Origin: Candidatus Poribacteria bacterium
GTDB lineage: Bacteria; Poribacteria; WGA-4E; WGA-3G
NCBI GenBank assembly: GCA_965205015.1
Contig: OZ242029.1
Coordinates: 1,280,001-1,344,000 of the forward strand
Direction: 5' to 3'
Length of the DNA: 64,000 nucleotides
Shown here: one piece after another, positions 32,296 to 41,889 of the stretch
How positions within the stretch are numbered: position 1 is the stretch's first letter
How the letters are laid out: every line of letters starts with the position of its first letter
Notes under the pieces: model-generated
The model's input: only the letters and a program-made list of their open reading frames with translations
What the model was told of the DNA's origin: nothing
The model's database searches: none
Program-made: the position numbers and the translations under genes

Positions 32296-33024
32296 CTATT
32301 CGTTATTGTTGTCCTCATCTACGAGGTGAAATGGTGTTCCTTCCGCTCTCGCTTTTCGGTACTTCTCGATCCTCTGCAACTTCAAGGCCTCAGGCCACAG
32401 CACATATTTCGCTTCGAGAAAGGCGATGTATTCGTCTTCATCGCCGGGAAACCTAAAGCCTCCAAACCATAACTTTGTCTCTCCCTCAACAACAGTATCT
32501 ACCTCTGGGATATCGCCATGTTGTTTGATTAACTCTTCTCTGTAGATTTTAGCAAATAACTCTGGATCATCCGTCTCACGCCTCAATTTGGTCTTTAGCA
32601 ACTCTTCAAGGAAGTCCTGATTGGACTTGTTGGGCCAGAGGAGATGTTTCGCCTTGGCAAAGTTAATCATTTCCTCAGATGTATATGTAACGTAATCTCC
32701 CGATGCTTTTGCTTTCCTTCGTTCATGCGCTGCGACGATATGAACGGCTGGAATGTTCCCGAATTGTTGGAGGAGATGCGCATGGTAATATTTGGCGCGT
32801 AGTTCACGATCTTTCGTCTGATCCCAGTTTATGGGCACATCTAACGCCATGAGTTCCTGAACTTCTGCATCGCTAATGTCATAGGTAAGCCCGCTGGTAT
32901 CGTAAAATTCGCTTGGTATTACGATTGGATCCGTGTCTTCAGTTTCGCCACAGCCGACGAGAATAGATAGCCCTATGCACCAAGCGAAACCTAAAATTGC
33001 GCTAAGGATTTTGGTGTGTTTCAT
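32296..33024 (-). CDS. lipoprotein with two GDIPEV-type repeats, unknown function
   Basis: lipobox ILVGC; FGNIPAV...LLWP and HGDIPEV...VLWP. Confidence 0.75.
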   Translation of the reverse strand: MKHTKILSAILGFAWCIGLSILVGCGETEDTDPIVIPSEFYDTSGLTYDISDAEVQELMALDVPINWDQTKDRELRAKYYHAHLLQQFGNIPAVHIVAAHERRKAKASGDYVTYTSEEMINFAKAKHLLWPNKSNQDFLEELLKTKLRRETDDPELFAKIYREELIKQHGDIPEVDTVVEGETKLWFGGFRFPGDEDEYIAFLEAKYVLWPEALKLQRIEKYRKARAEGTPFHLVDEDNNNE

Positions 33025-33614
33025 TTGTGTCTCCCCTTTAAAGTTCGTTAGGCTGAAGGTTTATCGTTTGAATCCAGCGATATACGTGAATTAGCATAAC
33101 ATATCCTGAAGTTCGGTCAATGTAAATTCTGTTGTAAGCACCTCTGGCTTTCTTCAAAGGAATACAAAACTTATTGTCTGAATCGCGGATTCTCGCAGAT
33201 TATACAGATTTCTCGGATTTTGGGTCTCCTATGTATCTAACGCCTTTTGGAGTGTTGGGTTTACCTATTGCGCTTGTTTACAATGCATTCTGGTGCGGTT
33301 TTGTGAGAAAATTTATGGGATAAAAAAAGAGGCAATTCACGGAGGCTTCACGGAGGTTTTTCTGGTAGTAGGTGACCATTGACTTCCCAGCATCGAAAAA
33401 ACACGTTCTCCGTGAAAACGGATTTTTGAGGTTAAAATGCTTGCAAAATAGTGAGGCTTTTAGTATCATATTATAAGTAAAATTTAGTTTACTCATATAA
33501 TTTGATTAAATTCGTTTTTTACCATGAAAGATAGGCAAAGGCGGAAGGGTCCCATCCTCCTTTGTTTACAGACTTTCAGGTTTTACGATCAGCAATTCAG
33601 AAGGAGAACTTCAA

Positions 33615-34160
33615 ATGAGCGGAAATTTGGTAGTACAGCACACGGATCTCGCAGCGCAAGCGAAGCAGATTCCTGCCGGTTGCGACTTTTTTAAGGAACT
33701 GGCGGCACTGCATAGACCCCGTGCAGAGGCAGCGACCGAGGCTTTTTGTCGAGACTGGGTGGCAAAGTATGAATCGCGTGAGATTAAACTCATCAGCAGA
33801 ACTTGGAGAGCGAATGACGGGACGGAATATAAAGGCGATAAAAATGGCTGGAATATGACGGTTCCGTCGTGTATTGCGGATTATCTGGAGGAGCAGCAAA
33901 ACGAGATCTATTTTGAACTGTTCCCGCGTTGTGCGATGTTACCGATCACGGATACACATCGTGAGTTTATTGTGATTTGCCATGCGCGACGGTTGGAGAC
34001 AGAGGAAGCACTGGTCGAAATGGTGAACTACTTTTCGGAGTTTGCGTTCCTGCGCCAACATATTGAGTTGAGCGAAAAGGAGGTGATGAAGGAATTTAAT
34101 TCAACGTTTTGGGTGAGTCCTGGATGGGTGAAGTTAGAACTACCGACAGTAGCAAAGTGA
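33615..34160 (+). CDS. hypothetical protein, C-terminus probably derived from the antisense of the neighbouring gene
   Basis: RBS AAGGAG; overlaps the convergent PLD fragment by 133 bp. Confidence 0.5.
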   Translation: MSGNLVVQHTDLAAQAKQIPAGCDFFKELAALHRPRAEAATEAFCRDWVAKYESREIKLISRTWRANDGTEYKGDKNGWNMTVPSCIADYLEEQQNEIYFELFPRCAMLPITDTHREFIVICHARRLETEEALVEMVNYFSEFAFLRQHIELSEKEVMKEFNSTFWVSPGWVKLELPTVAK

Positions 34161-34555
34161 ACGGGACTTGAGTCCTGGGCGTGCATCAAGTTGAGTTTCG
34201 CGTGAAATTTGGCTTTGTCATAGACACGAATGACAATTTGTCCACGGCGGATTGCATCACGGACAGCGGCAAGTCCGTGGAGAGTATCGTCTTTTTCCTT
34301 TACGGATTCAATATTCTCATTGGTAACTTCTTGCAGGGCTTCAATGAGGTGTTCTTTTGTGCGTCGTGTGGTCTCGTCGCCCATCAGGAGTCGGATGCCA
34401 TCAAGGTGTTGCCATGTTTTCCCAAGCGATAGAAATGCCCCGATTTCAAAGGTTCCGGTCGCTATGTCTAACTTGGCACTTTTCACGAGAAGGCTTTCGA
34501 GAACTTTCAGGAGGGTATTGCCATCTACATTGTCAATGAGTGTCGGAATCTGCAT
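34028..34555 (-). pseudogene. truncated PLD-like nuclease domain (N-terminus of a PLD-SNF2 helicase type protein)
   Basis: DIATGTF, FHAKL, GSSNFT..GL..N.ELN, then recognisable sequence stops. Confidence 0.65.
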
Positions 34556-34762
34556 ATTGGGCCAGTTTTTCTTCCTATAGCGTTTATTTGATTATATTAC
34601 AGAAAGCCCTAATTTTCAAATCAAATCTTTTGTATTCCATTAAACGAGAGACTTAAGGTATAATATTATGGGTTCGGTATAAAGATAATACACTCCCCTG
34701 TATGACATCCATGCCAAAACGACAACATTTTAGCATTCGTTCGAAAAAAGGATCACCCTGTC

Positions 34763-36415
34763 ATGAGAAAGCGGAAACGTAAATCACCGCATAAGCAGAA
34801 AATAAAAAAGAGGGCGGATAAATCACTTCAGCGGATTGCCTCCAAAGCCTTGCATGCGTGTGTTTCTCTCCTGGAGATAGAACAGACTGAACCCCGAAAG
34901 CGTAAATTCGCAAAAGGGGTTAAGGTCGCAGCAGGGAGCGGGTTTTTCGTCGCACCGGACCTGATCGCCACGAATATTCATTGTGTTGTCGGCACAACGT
35001 GGGCCTTCGTAGATCCCGTCAGTCTGCCCGATGTGTATCCGATTGAGAGCGTGGTTGCGTTTGATGACAAAATAGATTTGGTCATTCTACGTATTTCGGT
35101 TGAAGGGATGCCGCTTTCGCTTGCTGACAGTAATACCGTCCAAGTGGAGGAAGAGATTTATGCCGTGCGGTGCGTCGGTGGCGGGATAGAAGAGAAAGGC
35201 GCGAGCGGTGCAATCACGCCAGGAACGGTACACGGTATCCAAAATACGGACAGATATTTGCGCTTAAAAGCGATGCTGTCGCATGGTAACAGTGGAGGAC
35301 CGGTGATAAACAAAGCGGGTGAGGTTATCGGGATCGCTGTTAGTGGCGGTAGCTCGGTTGACGAACACGGCAGAAAGCATGTTTCCGAATTCGCTTACGC
35401 AATCCCTTCTAATACTGTCAAGACGCTGCTTGCGACGGGAGGCGTCGAGGAATCCTTTGAAACATGGCGCGAGCAGCCCCGAATCCACGCCTATGCCGAA
35501 GCTTCTCAAGGGTATGTGAAGCAAAGTCAAGGAGAATATAAAGCGGCGATAAAGCACTATACAGCTGCCCTGCAACTCAACCCAGATTTAGGAGAGATTT
35601 ATCACAATCGTGGAACTCTCAAAAATACGCTCGGACACCATAAAGCAGCCATTGCTGACTGGGATGCCGCCCTGAGATGCAACCCAGCACTTGCAGAAGC
35701 ATACTTCAACCGGGGTGGCGCGAAGTATGCCTTGGGCGACTCTGAAGGATGCATCGCCGACTGTAGTACTGCCCTTGATCTGAATCCGGACGCAATGCCC
35801 GCCTATTACAACCGTGCCCAGGCAGAAATGGCCCTGAATCGGTACGCTGCGGGGATTCAAGACTACGATAAAGTCTTCAAATTTCCGATGCGTCAGGCGG
35901 ACGCGTATGGTGCCTACTACAATCGCGCCTTGGGGAAATATCTCCTGGGATTAGACACAGCAGCTCAGGGGGATGGCGCGGAAGCCGTTCAACTCTATCA
36001 CGCATCAATCGATGATTATACATACGCCATTAAGGTCGCTCCAGACCCTATCCTCGCCAGTAGAAACTATAACAACCGCGGTTATTCCAAGTACCTCATT
36101 GCAGAATATGAATCTGAACACGGAAACATGGAGGCGGCGCGAGTTCTCTATGAAGCAGCACTGGTGGACAGCGAGGAAGCGATCAAGCGCGATAAGAAAA
36201 ATGCTTATGCCTATTGCACGCGCGCAGTCGTAAAGGTCGCCTTTGCGGAACACACTGCAGCAATAAACGATTTTGATAGAGCCCTCAAACTTAATCCAGA
36301 TTTCGCGCATGCCTACCACCAGCGCGGGCTTGCAAAGCAGGCGATGGGGCGACAGCGAGAGGCAGCGGTGGACTTTCAGAAGGCGAAGCAACTGGACCCA
36401 AACATAGAAAAATGA
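34763..36415 (+). CDS. trypsin-like serine protease with TPR repeats
   Basis: GSGFF..ATNIH, DLVIL, GNSGGP; many AY.NRG TPR units. Confidence 0.88.
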   Translation: MRKRKRKSPHKQKIKKRADKSLQRIASKALHACVSLLEIEQTEPRKRKFAKGVKVAAGSGFFVAPDLIATNIHCVVGTTWAFVDPVSLPDVYPIESVVAFDDKIDLVILRISVEGMPLSLADSNTVQVEEEIYAVRCVGGGIEEKGASGAITPGTVHGIQNTDRYLRLKAMLSHGNSGGPVINKAGEVIGIAVSGGSSVDEHGRKHVSEFAYAIPSNTVKTLLATGGVEESFETWREQPRIHAYAEASQGYVKQSQGEYKAAIKHYTAALQLNPDLGEIYHNRGTLKNTLGHHKAAIADWDAALRCNPALAEAYFNRGGAKYALGDSEGCIADCSTALDLNPDAMPAYYNRAQAEMALNRYAAGIQDYDKVFKFPMRQADAYGAYYNRALGKYLLGLDTAAQGDGAEAVQLYHASIDDYTYAIKVAPDPILASRNYNNRGYSKYLIAEYESEHGNMEAARVLYEAALVDSEEAIKRDKKNAYAYCTRAVVKVAFAEHTAAINDFDRALKLNPDFAHAYHQRGLAKQAMGRQREAAVDFQKAKQLDPNIEK

Positions 36416-36431
36416 AGGAGTTTACGTCTCT

Positions 36432-37835
36432 ATGGAACTTTATGAAGCCGTCAGTCCGTTGGATTTTAGGTACTATGGCGGTGATGATACTTTTATGAAA
36501 CGCTTGTTGCCTTATGTCTCTGAGGCAGGATATGTCACGTATCAGGCGAAGGTGGAGGCGGCACTGGTACGCACTTTGGCAAATTATGGTGTCTGCACTT
36601 CCGCGATTGCCGATGAGGTGGAAGCGGCAGTAGACCTCGTAACGGCGGAAGAGGTCTATGAGGAACAGTCCCGCATTCGGCACAATATCCGATCACTCGT
36701 CAATGTGATTCGGCGGAACATTCGTCCCGACGCGCGTCCGTATGTCCATCTGTTCGCTACTTCTGCGGACATTCTGGATACGGCGACTGCTTTGCGGTTC
36801 AAGGCACTCACTGAAAATGTCATTGTCCCTGACCTGGTTGCTCTGGAACATCAACTCATCGCGCTGGCGCGTGAGCATGCGGAGACGGTGCAAATCGGGA
36901 GGACACACGGTCAACACGCGGAACCGACAACGTTCGGTTATGCCTTGGCACTTTATGTGAGTCGCCTCGGCACGCGAATTGAAGAGATTCACAGAGCCGG
37001 ACAAAACCTCCGTGGGCAATTTTCAGGGGCGGTCGGTGCGTTCAATGGACTTACGCTGATTCATGAACATCCAGAGCAGATTGAGGCGGATTTCCTCGCA
37101 CTGCTCGGTTTGAAGCCGTCTGATACAAACACATCAACGCAGTGTGTCGAGCCGGAGTTCATCTCTGATCTGGCATATCAGGTTACGGCGGCATATACAG
37201 TGCTTGCGAACTTCGCGGACGATATGCGGCACCTTTATCGGACTGAAATCGCTGAGGTCGGCAGGAAGTACAATCCGCAGCTGGTTGGCTCATCGACGAT
37301 GCCGCACAAGGTGAATCCAGAGACCTACGAGAACATCAAAAGTTTGTGGAAGGCGTTTGTGCCGCGTATGCAGACTGTTTTCATGGATAGTATCCTTGAG
37401 CATCAACGCGACCTAACGAATTCGGCATCAAGCCGTTTCTTGACGGAACTGTTCACGGCGTTCGATTACGCGATCTATCGGCTCCGGCGCGCGTTGGAGG
37501 AGATGGATGTTAAAGCGGATAACATGCGGCGTAACCTCGCCCTGAGCGCAGAGGATACGATTGCAGAACCCATCTATTTACTGATGGCGTATTACGGGTT
37601 TCCTGATGCATACGACCACACCCGGAAGTTGATCGGACAGGTGCATGAGACTGGAAAGAGTTTGACGACGTTACTGTGGGAAGATGAGACGTTTCGTCCG
37701 TTTCTCAACAAGTTGACGGAACCGCAGCGCGAAGCACTGCGTGATCCGACGAATTACATCGGTGCCTCGGTGCGGCGTACGCACGCAACGTGCGATGAAT
37801 GGGAGAAACGGATTTTTAATTTACCTTGCGGTTAA
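36432..37835 (+). CDS. purB: adenylosuccinate lyase
   Basis: SPLDFRY, GRTHGQHA.PTT.G, GSSTMPHKVNP. Confidence 0.9.
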   Translation: MELYEAVSPLDFRYYGGDDTFMKRLLPYVSEAGYVTYQAKVEAALVRTLANYGVCTSAIADEVEAAVDLVTAEEVYEEQSRIRHNIRSLVNVIRRNIRPDARPYVHLFATSADILDTATALRFKALTENVIVPDLVALEHQLIALAREHAETVQIGRTHGQHAEPTTFGYALALYVSRLGTRIEEIHRAGQNLRGQFSGAVGAFNGLTLIHEHPEQIEADFLALLGLKPSDTNTSTQCVEPEFISDLAYQVTAAYTVLANFADDMRHLYRTEIAEVGRKYNPQLVGSSTMPHKVNPETYENIKSLWKAFVPRMQTVFMDSILEHQRDLTNSASSRFLTELFTAFDYAIYRLRRALEEMDVKADNMRRNLALSAEDTIAEPIYLLMAYYGFPDAYDHTRKLIGQVHETGKSLTTLLWEDETFRPFLNKLTEPQREALRDPTNYIGASVRRTHATCDEWEKRIFNLPCG

Positions 37836-37966
37836 ACTTCGTGCGTTTATTTTACATAGATGCTGAAGAAACACCCAAGCAAATAAACCCTACGGGACTA
37901 AAGAGCAAATCTTAACTGAAGATTTTTTCTGCGATACCAGCAGCTCAGAAACCCAATCGTTAAAAA

Positions 37967-39325
37967 ATGTTTGATATTACCTATTTAGGACGGCGATGCT
38001 TCCGTTTCATCAAACGTTATCCGCGTACGTGGACAATAGTTGGTTTTCTACTGATCCTCGGTATCGGTATTCGGTTAGGGCAGACGGTTCAGTTCAGCAA
38101 AATAACCGATTATTTGCGTTCCTTTGCGGATCGTGAGCGTGCAGATGTGACAAAATCGGTTGCACGGGGAGTTGTGCACCGACAGATACAAGATAACGGA
38201 ATGCTGACGAATATCCTTGCGGTGTCCCCAGATGCCGTGGACATCCGTCCATACCGTGCGCTGAGTGCGGGGATCGGGACTGAAACATTGGTGTCGCTTG
38301 CGCGGCGACACAAGGCACTCGCCGCGATAAACGGTGGCTTTTTTGAAATGGTAGGGACGTTCCGTGGCGAGTCCGTGGGTGCGTTGAAGATCGACGGTGA
38401 GTGGGTCAGCGAACCGGAGCAGGGCAGAGCAGTGATCGGGTTCCGAACGGTTGACGGAAAAATCGAAGCGTATATTGATAAGATTGCTCTACAGCAGGAA
38501 CTCGTCTTGCCGAGTGGAGGGACATTGCCGATTGACGGTATGAATCGGGAGCGTGGGAAAAATGAATTGGTCATTTACCGTCCGCATTTTCACGCAGTAA
38601 CTTTGACGATGCCGGATGGCGTAGAAACCGTCGTGAGAAACGGCGAGGTCGTCGGTATCCACGAGGGACAGGGGAGTTCTCGCATTCCCGAAGACGGTTA
38701 CGTTTTGTCCGCGAGTGGTAAGAAACGGGATGAACTTTTATCGCATATCGCTGAAGGTGATACGGTTCAGATTCGTGAAACCATCATTTCTGAACGTGTC
38801 GGCGATAGCGAGTTATGGGCAAGTTTTGCACATATTGTCGGCGGTGGTCCGTTACTATTGCAGAATGGAACTGCGGCTTCCACACAGGCGTACGAGCGCG
38901 AAGGTTTCGATCGGGCATTTCACAGTTTCTGGCATCCGCGGACGGCTGTCGGGAAAAAGGCGGACGGCACCCTTCTTTTCGTGACAATAACAGCAGCAGA
39001 AGCAGGCGTTCGCCGCGGTGTTATGCTGCCACGGCTCGCGGAACTGTTCTTGGAATGGGGCGCGACGGATGCGCTTAATCTTGACGGCGGTAATTCATCA
39101 ATGCTCGTCATTCGGGATGAGGTTGTGAGCGTCAAGCAGAAAGATTCTAACAATCCCGAATCTAAAGATGAATTGAAATCGGCTTCTCATGATAAGCCGG
39201 AACTGAAAAAGGCACGAGCAGAGAAGAACACGAAGACTGCCCGTGGGAATCGTCGGATACGTCCGATGCCGAAACAACATGGACGCGCGATCGCGGATGC
39301 AATCTTGATTTTTTCCCACTTTTAG
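37967..39325 (+). CDS. phosphodiester glycosidase (NAGPA) family protein
   Basis: AAINGGFF, GGGPLL, HPRTAVG, ALNLDGG.SS. Confidence 0.85.
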   Translation: MFDITYLGRRCFRFIKRYPRTWTIVGFLLILGIGIRLGQTVQFSKITDYLRSFADRERADVTKSVARGVVHRQIQDNGMLTNILAVSPDAVDIRPYRALSAGIGTETLVSLARRHKALAAINGGFFEMVGTFRGESVGALKIDGEWVSEPEQGRAVIGFRTVDGKIEAYIDKIALQQELVLPSGGTLPIDGMNRERGKNELVIYRPHFHAVTLTMPDGVETVVRNGEVVGIHEGQGSSRIPEDGYVLSASGKKRDELLSHIAEGDTVQIRETIISERVGDSELWASFAHIVGGGPLLLQNGTAASTQAYEREGFDRAFHSFWHPRTAVGKKADGTLLFVTITAAEAGVRRGVMLPRLAELFLEWGATDALNLDGGNSSMLVIRDEVVSVKQKDSNNPESKDELKSASHDKPELKKARAEKNTKTARGNRRIRPMPKQHGRAIADAILIFSHF

Positions 39326-39387
39326 GTTATAATGCAGGAGAAAAGACATGTTTGGCTACAATAGAAATCGGAACAGGAGGAAAGGTC

Positions 39388-40317
39388 ATGTCAAGTAACA
39401 ATAGACACCTCGAACCTCGGAAGAAATCGGATGCTGGTAACGAATACCGAAAACCTATATCCGGTGTGGGATCGAAACCAGCAAAAAGACTGTCGCGACG
39501 CTCCTTTTTCAAAGGCTCCGTTGGGCTTGCTGCCGCTGCACTCACCGCGGATAAACTGATCTCGCCTGCACACGCTCAGTGGCGGTTCCGCGAATATCTC
39601 CCTTATGATGCAGCTGGGGATTTTCACTACGGACGATATGGGAGGATTTACCATCATTATCCTGAGATGAATCCAACAGGCGAAAAGTTCACGTTTGTGC
39701 GTCTCAAGTACCCCGGTGGCGATTGGTATACGAACATTGTCAACTACTATTATTGGCAATCGGATTTGCAATTTTCTAAGGTCCTCGCTGAAGAGACCAC
39801 GATTGATGTTGAGGTCCGTGAACATCCGCAATATGTTGACATTGACGATGAAGGGTTATTCGCCTATCCGTTCCTCTATATGACGGGACATATCGGGATT
39901 CGGCTTTCTCCGCAACAGGTCCGAAAGTTGAGAGACTATTTTGAACGGGGTGGTTTTCTCCATGTCGAAGATTGCGATGCACGGCTGAACAATTATCGCG
40001 GCGGCTTGCGTCCGCATATCTATGAGATGATGCGGCAGGTCTATCCAGAAAAGAATTTTGAACGATTGGAAATGAGCCATCCGATTTATCATACGCTTTA
40101 TGATCACGATGAGTATCTCGGCGGTGATAAACGCATCCCTGATGTCTCCGATTACGACGAGGCGATCATGGACGATGACCGTGTGATTGTCTATTTCTGT
40201 CCGAGCGACCTGAATTGTGCGTGGGAAGGTAGACAGTGTGAGCCTGGTGGTGAGGAACAGCGGAAGTGGGCATTTGAACAGGGGATGAACGTGGTTGCCT
40301 ATGCCTTGACACGGTAA
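39388..40317 (+). CDS. DUF4159 domain protein with Tat signal
   Basis: SRRSFFK..AHA signal; YPFLYMTGH, LRDYFERGGFL..ED, GMNVVAYALT; RBS AGGAGG. Confidence 0.8.
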   Translation: MSSNNRHLEPRKKSDAGNEYRKPISGVGSKPAKRLSRRSFFKGSVGLAAAALTADKLISPAHAQWRFREYLPYDAAGDFHYGRYGRIYHHYPEMNPTGEKFTFVRLKYPGGDWYTNIVNYYYWQSDLQFSKVLAEETTIDVEVREHPQYVDIDDEGLFAYPFLYMTGHIGIRLSPQQVRKLRDYFERGGFLHVEDCDARLNNYRGGLRPHIYEMMRQVYPEKNFERLEMSHPIYHTLYDHDEYLGGDKRIPDVSDYDEAIMDDDRVIVYFCPSDLNCAWEGRQCEPGGEEQRKWAFEQGMNVVAYALTR

Positions 40318-40408
40318 AATGGTTATCGGTTAACGGTTTTCAGTTTTCAGTAAATCGCAATATTGTGGCAGGGACCCAAAATATTACAACTACAAGCGGT
40401 TCACCTCC

Positions 40409-41770
40409 GTCACTTACCCCCATTTTTTTTCGAGAGTAGATTGTAGTTGATGTAGTCAGGTTTTTCTGTGAGAAAGTCAGTCAGTGAGTGGGTCCGAAAA
40501 GTGGATCCCCTCTGGCACCTATCTCGGTGAAAAAGGAGATAAGAAAGTGTTGGTTCCATAAGTCGGTGAGCACGCGTTTGATAATAGTAATAACAGAAAA
40601 AGTTTTTCTGTTATTACTATTATATGCCCTCTGCCAATGCGTAGAGGCGACCTTCTCGTAACTGATAAACAGCAATCCATAAGCGAGGCAGGCACATAAC
40701 CAAAGGACCTCCAGACGCGCTTGTGTCGGTTTTTTCAAGACGAGTTTACCAAATCCGAAGCACGACTTTATATCTCGAAACCCGTGTTCAATCTGCATGC
40801 GGCGTTTGTAGCAGTGATGTATCTGATGTCCACTGAGGCGATTGGAGATAAGATACATCGGGTCTTTGAAGGTCTCATCTCTGAGGATATAGAGTTGAAG
40901 CGGTATCTGCTCCTGCGCCTGATAAAGGATATGCCGATACCAGCCCGCTTCGAGGTCATCAAGTTTCTTCAGACTCCCATCATGCCGGATACCGACATTT
41001 CTCGCAACACGCATCACGAACGGGATATCCCGTGCCTTGAGAAACTTGATGACGTATCGCGCACGCCCAAAACCACGGTCAAACACCAGAACAGGTCGTT
41101 GTTGATGCCGCGACACCACCCCTAAAGCCTCTTGATAAACATGGACACAGAAGTATTGGATAATCTCATTATGACTCTTATAGATACCCTCGTGAAGCTG
41201 GTGATCGCTATAGATGAACCAAAAGACAGGGATCGCACGATGCCGAAACGGGATCGAAACAACAAGGGCTTTCCACCCGGCAATCAGAGACGTCTCATCA
41301 ACGAGCAAATACAGATGAGCACCCGCATCCTTGAAAAACCAACCCACAACCGACACGAACCACGCTTCTTTGAGCGCATCAATCGGCAGTGGGGTGTCAA
41401 GGAAACGCAGAAACCTTTTCTGTTTCGACTTCTCCCGCTTGACGACGAGCGACAAACGCGACGCAACTTCATTGATCCGAAACGTCGGGGCAACACTGAT
41501 CGCTATCAAGACCAATACCAGATTCCGAAAAACCGGTTTTTTCATACCAACAGACTTGAAGATTTCTCCAAAACGTGTTATCATCGTTTCTGGATTTACC
41601 CGTTTTGGGTATCTCTTTTTCATAAAATACCTCCTTACATGTTTTGTAAAATGCGTTTACAAACAGTTGCTGTAAGGAGGTATTTTATCATAAACCCACT
41701 GAGTTTCTCACACTTTTTACAACTAAAACCTTTCACCACAAACCTTCAGAAAAAAATGGGGGTAAGTGAC
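40409..41770 (-). mobile_element. insertion sequence, IS4-like DDE family, copy 1 (1362 bp)
   Basis: TIR GTCACTTACCCCCATTTTTTT; 10-bp TSD GTTCACCTCC at 40399-40408 and 41771-41780. Confidence 0.92.
40481..41623 (-). CDS. DDE transposase
   Basis: VDET, FDRGF, YKRRMQIEHGFRDIK (YREK-type motif). Confidence 0.92.
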   Translation of the reverse strand: MKKRYPKRVNPETMITRFGEIFKSVGMKKPVFRNLVLVLIAISVAPTFRINEVASRLSLVVKREKSKQKRFLRFLDTPLPIDALKEAWFVSVVGWFFKDAGAHLYLLVDETSLIAGWKALVVSIPFRHRAIPVFWFIYSDHQLHEGIYKSHNEIIQYFCVHVYQEALGVVSRHQQRPVLVFDRGFGRARYVIKFLKARDIPFVMRVARNVGIRHDGSLKKLDDLEAGWYRHILYQAQEQIPLQLYILRDETFKDPMYLISNRLSGHQIHHCYKRRMQIEHGFRDIKSCFGFGKLVLKKPTQARLEVLWLCACLAYGLLFISYEKVASTHWQRAYNSNNRKTFSVITIIKRVLTDLWNQHFLISFFTEIGARGDPLFGPTH

Positions 41771-41889
41771 GTTCACCTCCAGAACCGCTTATGGTGGTTT
41801 TAGAATTAAGAAGGGTCTAAGGTCTCTTGAACTCTGACTGATAACTATAACAAGAATAGCAACCAGGCACTGGGATTCGGAGATCCCTC

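Noticed and set aside
33270-33440. Possible IS end remnant (TTCACGGAG/CTCCGTGAA)
   Set aside because: No transposase fragment or matching terminus identified.
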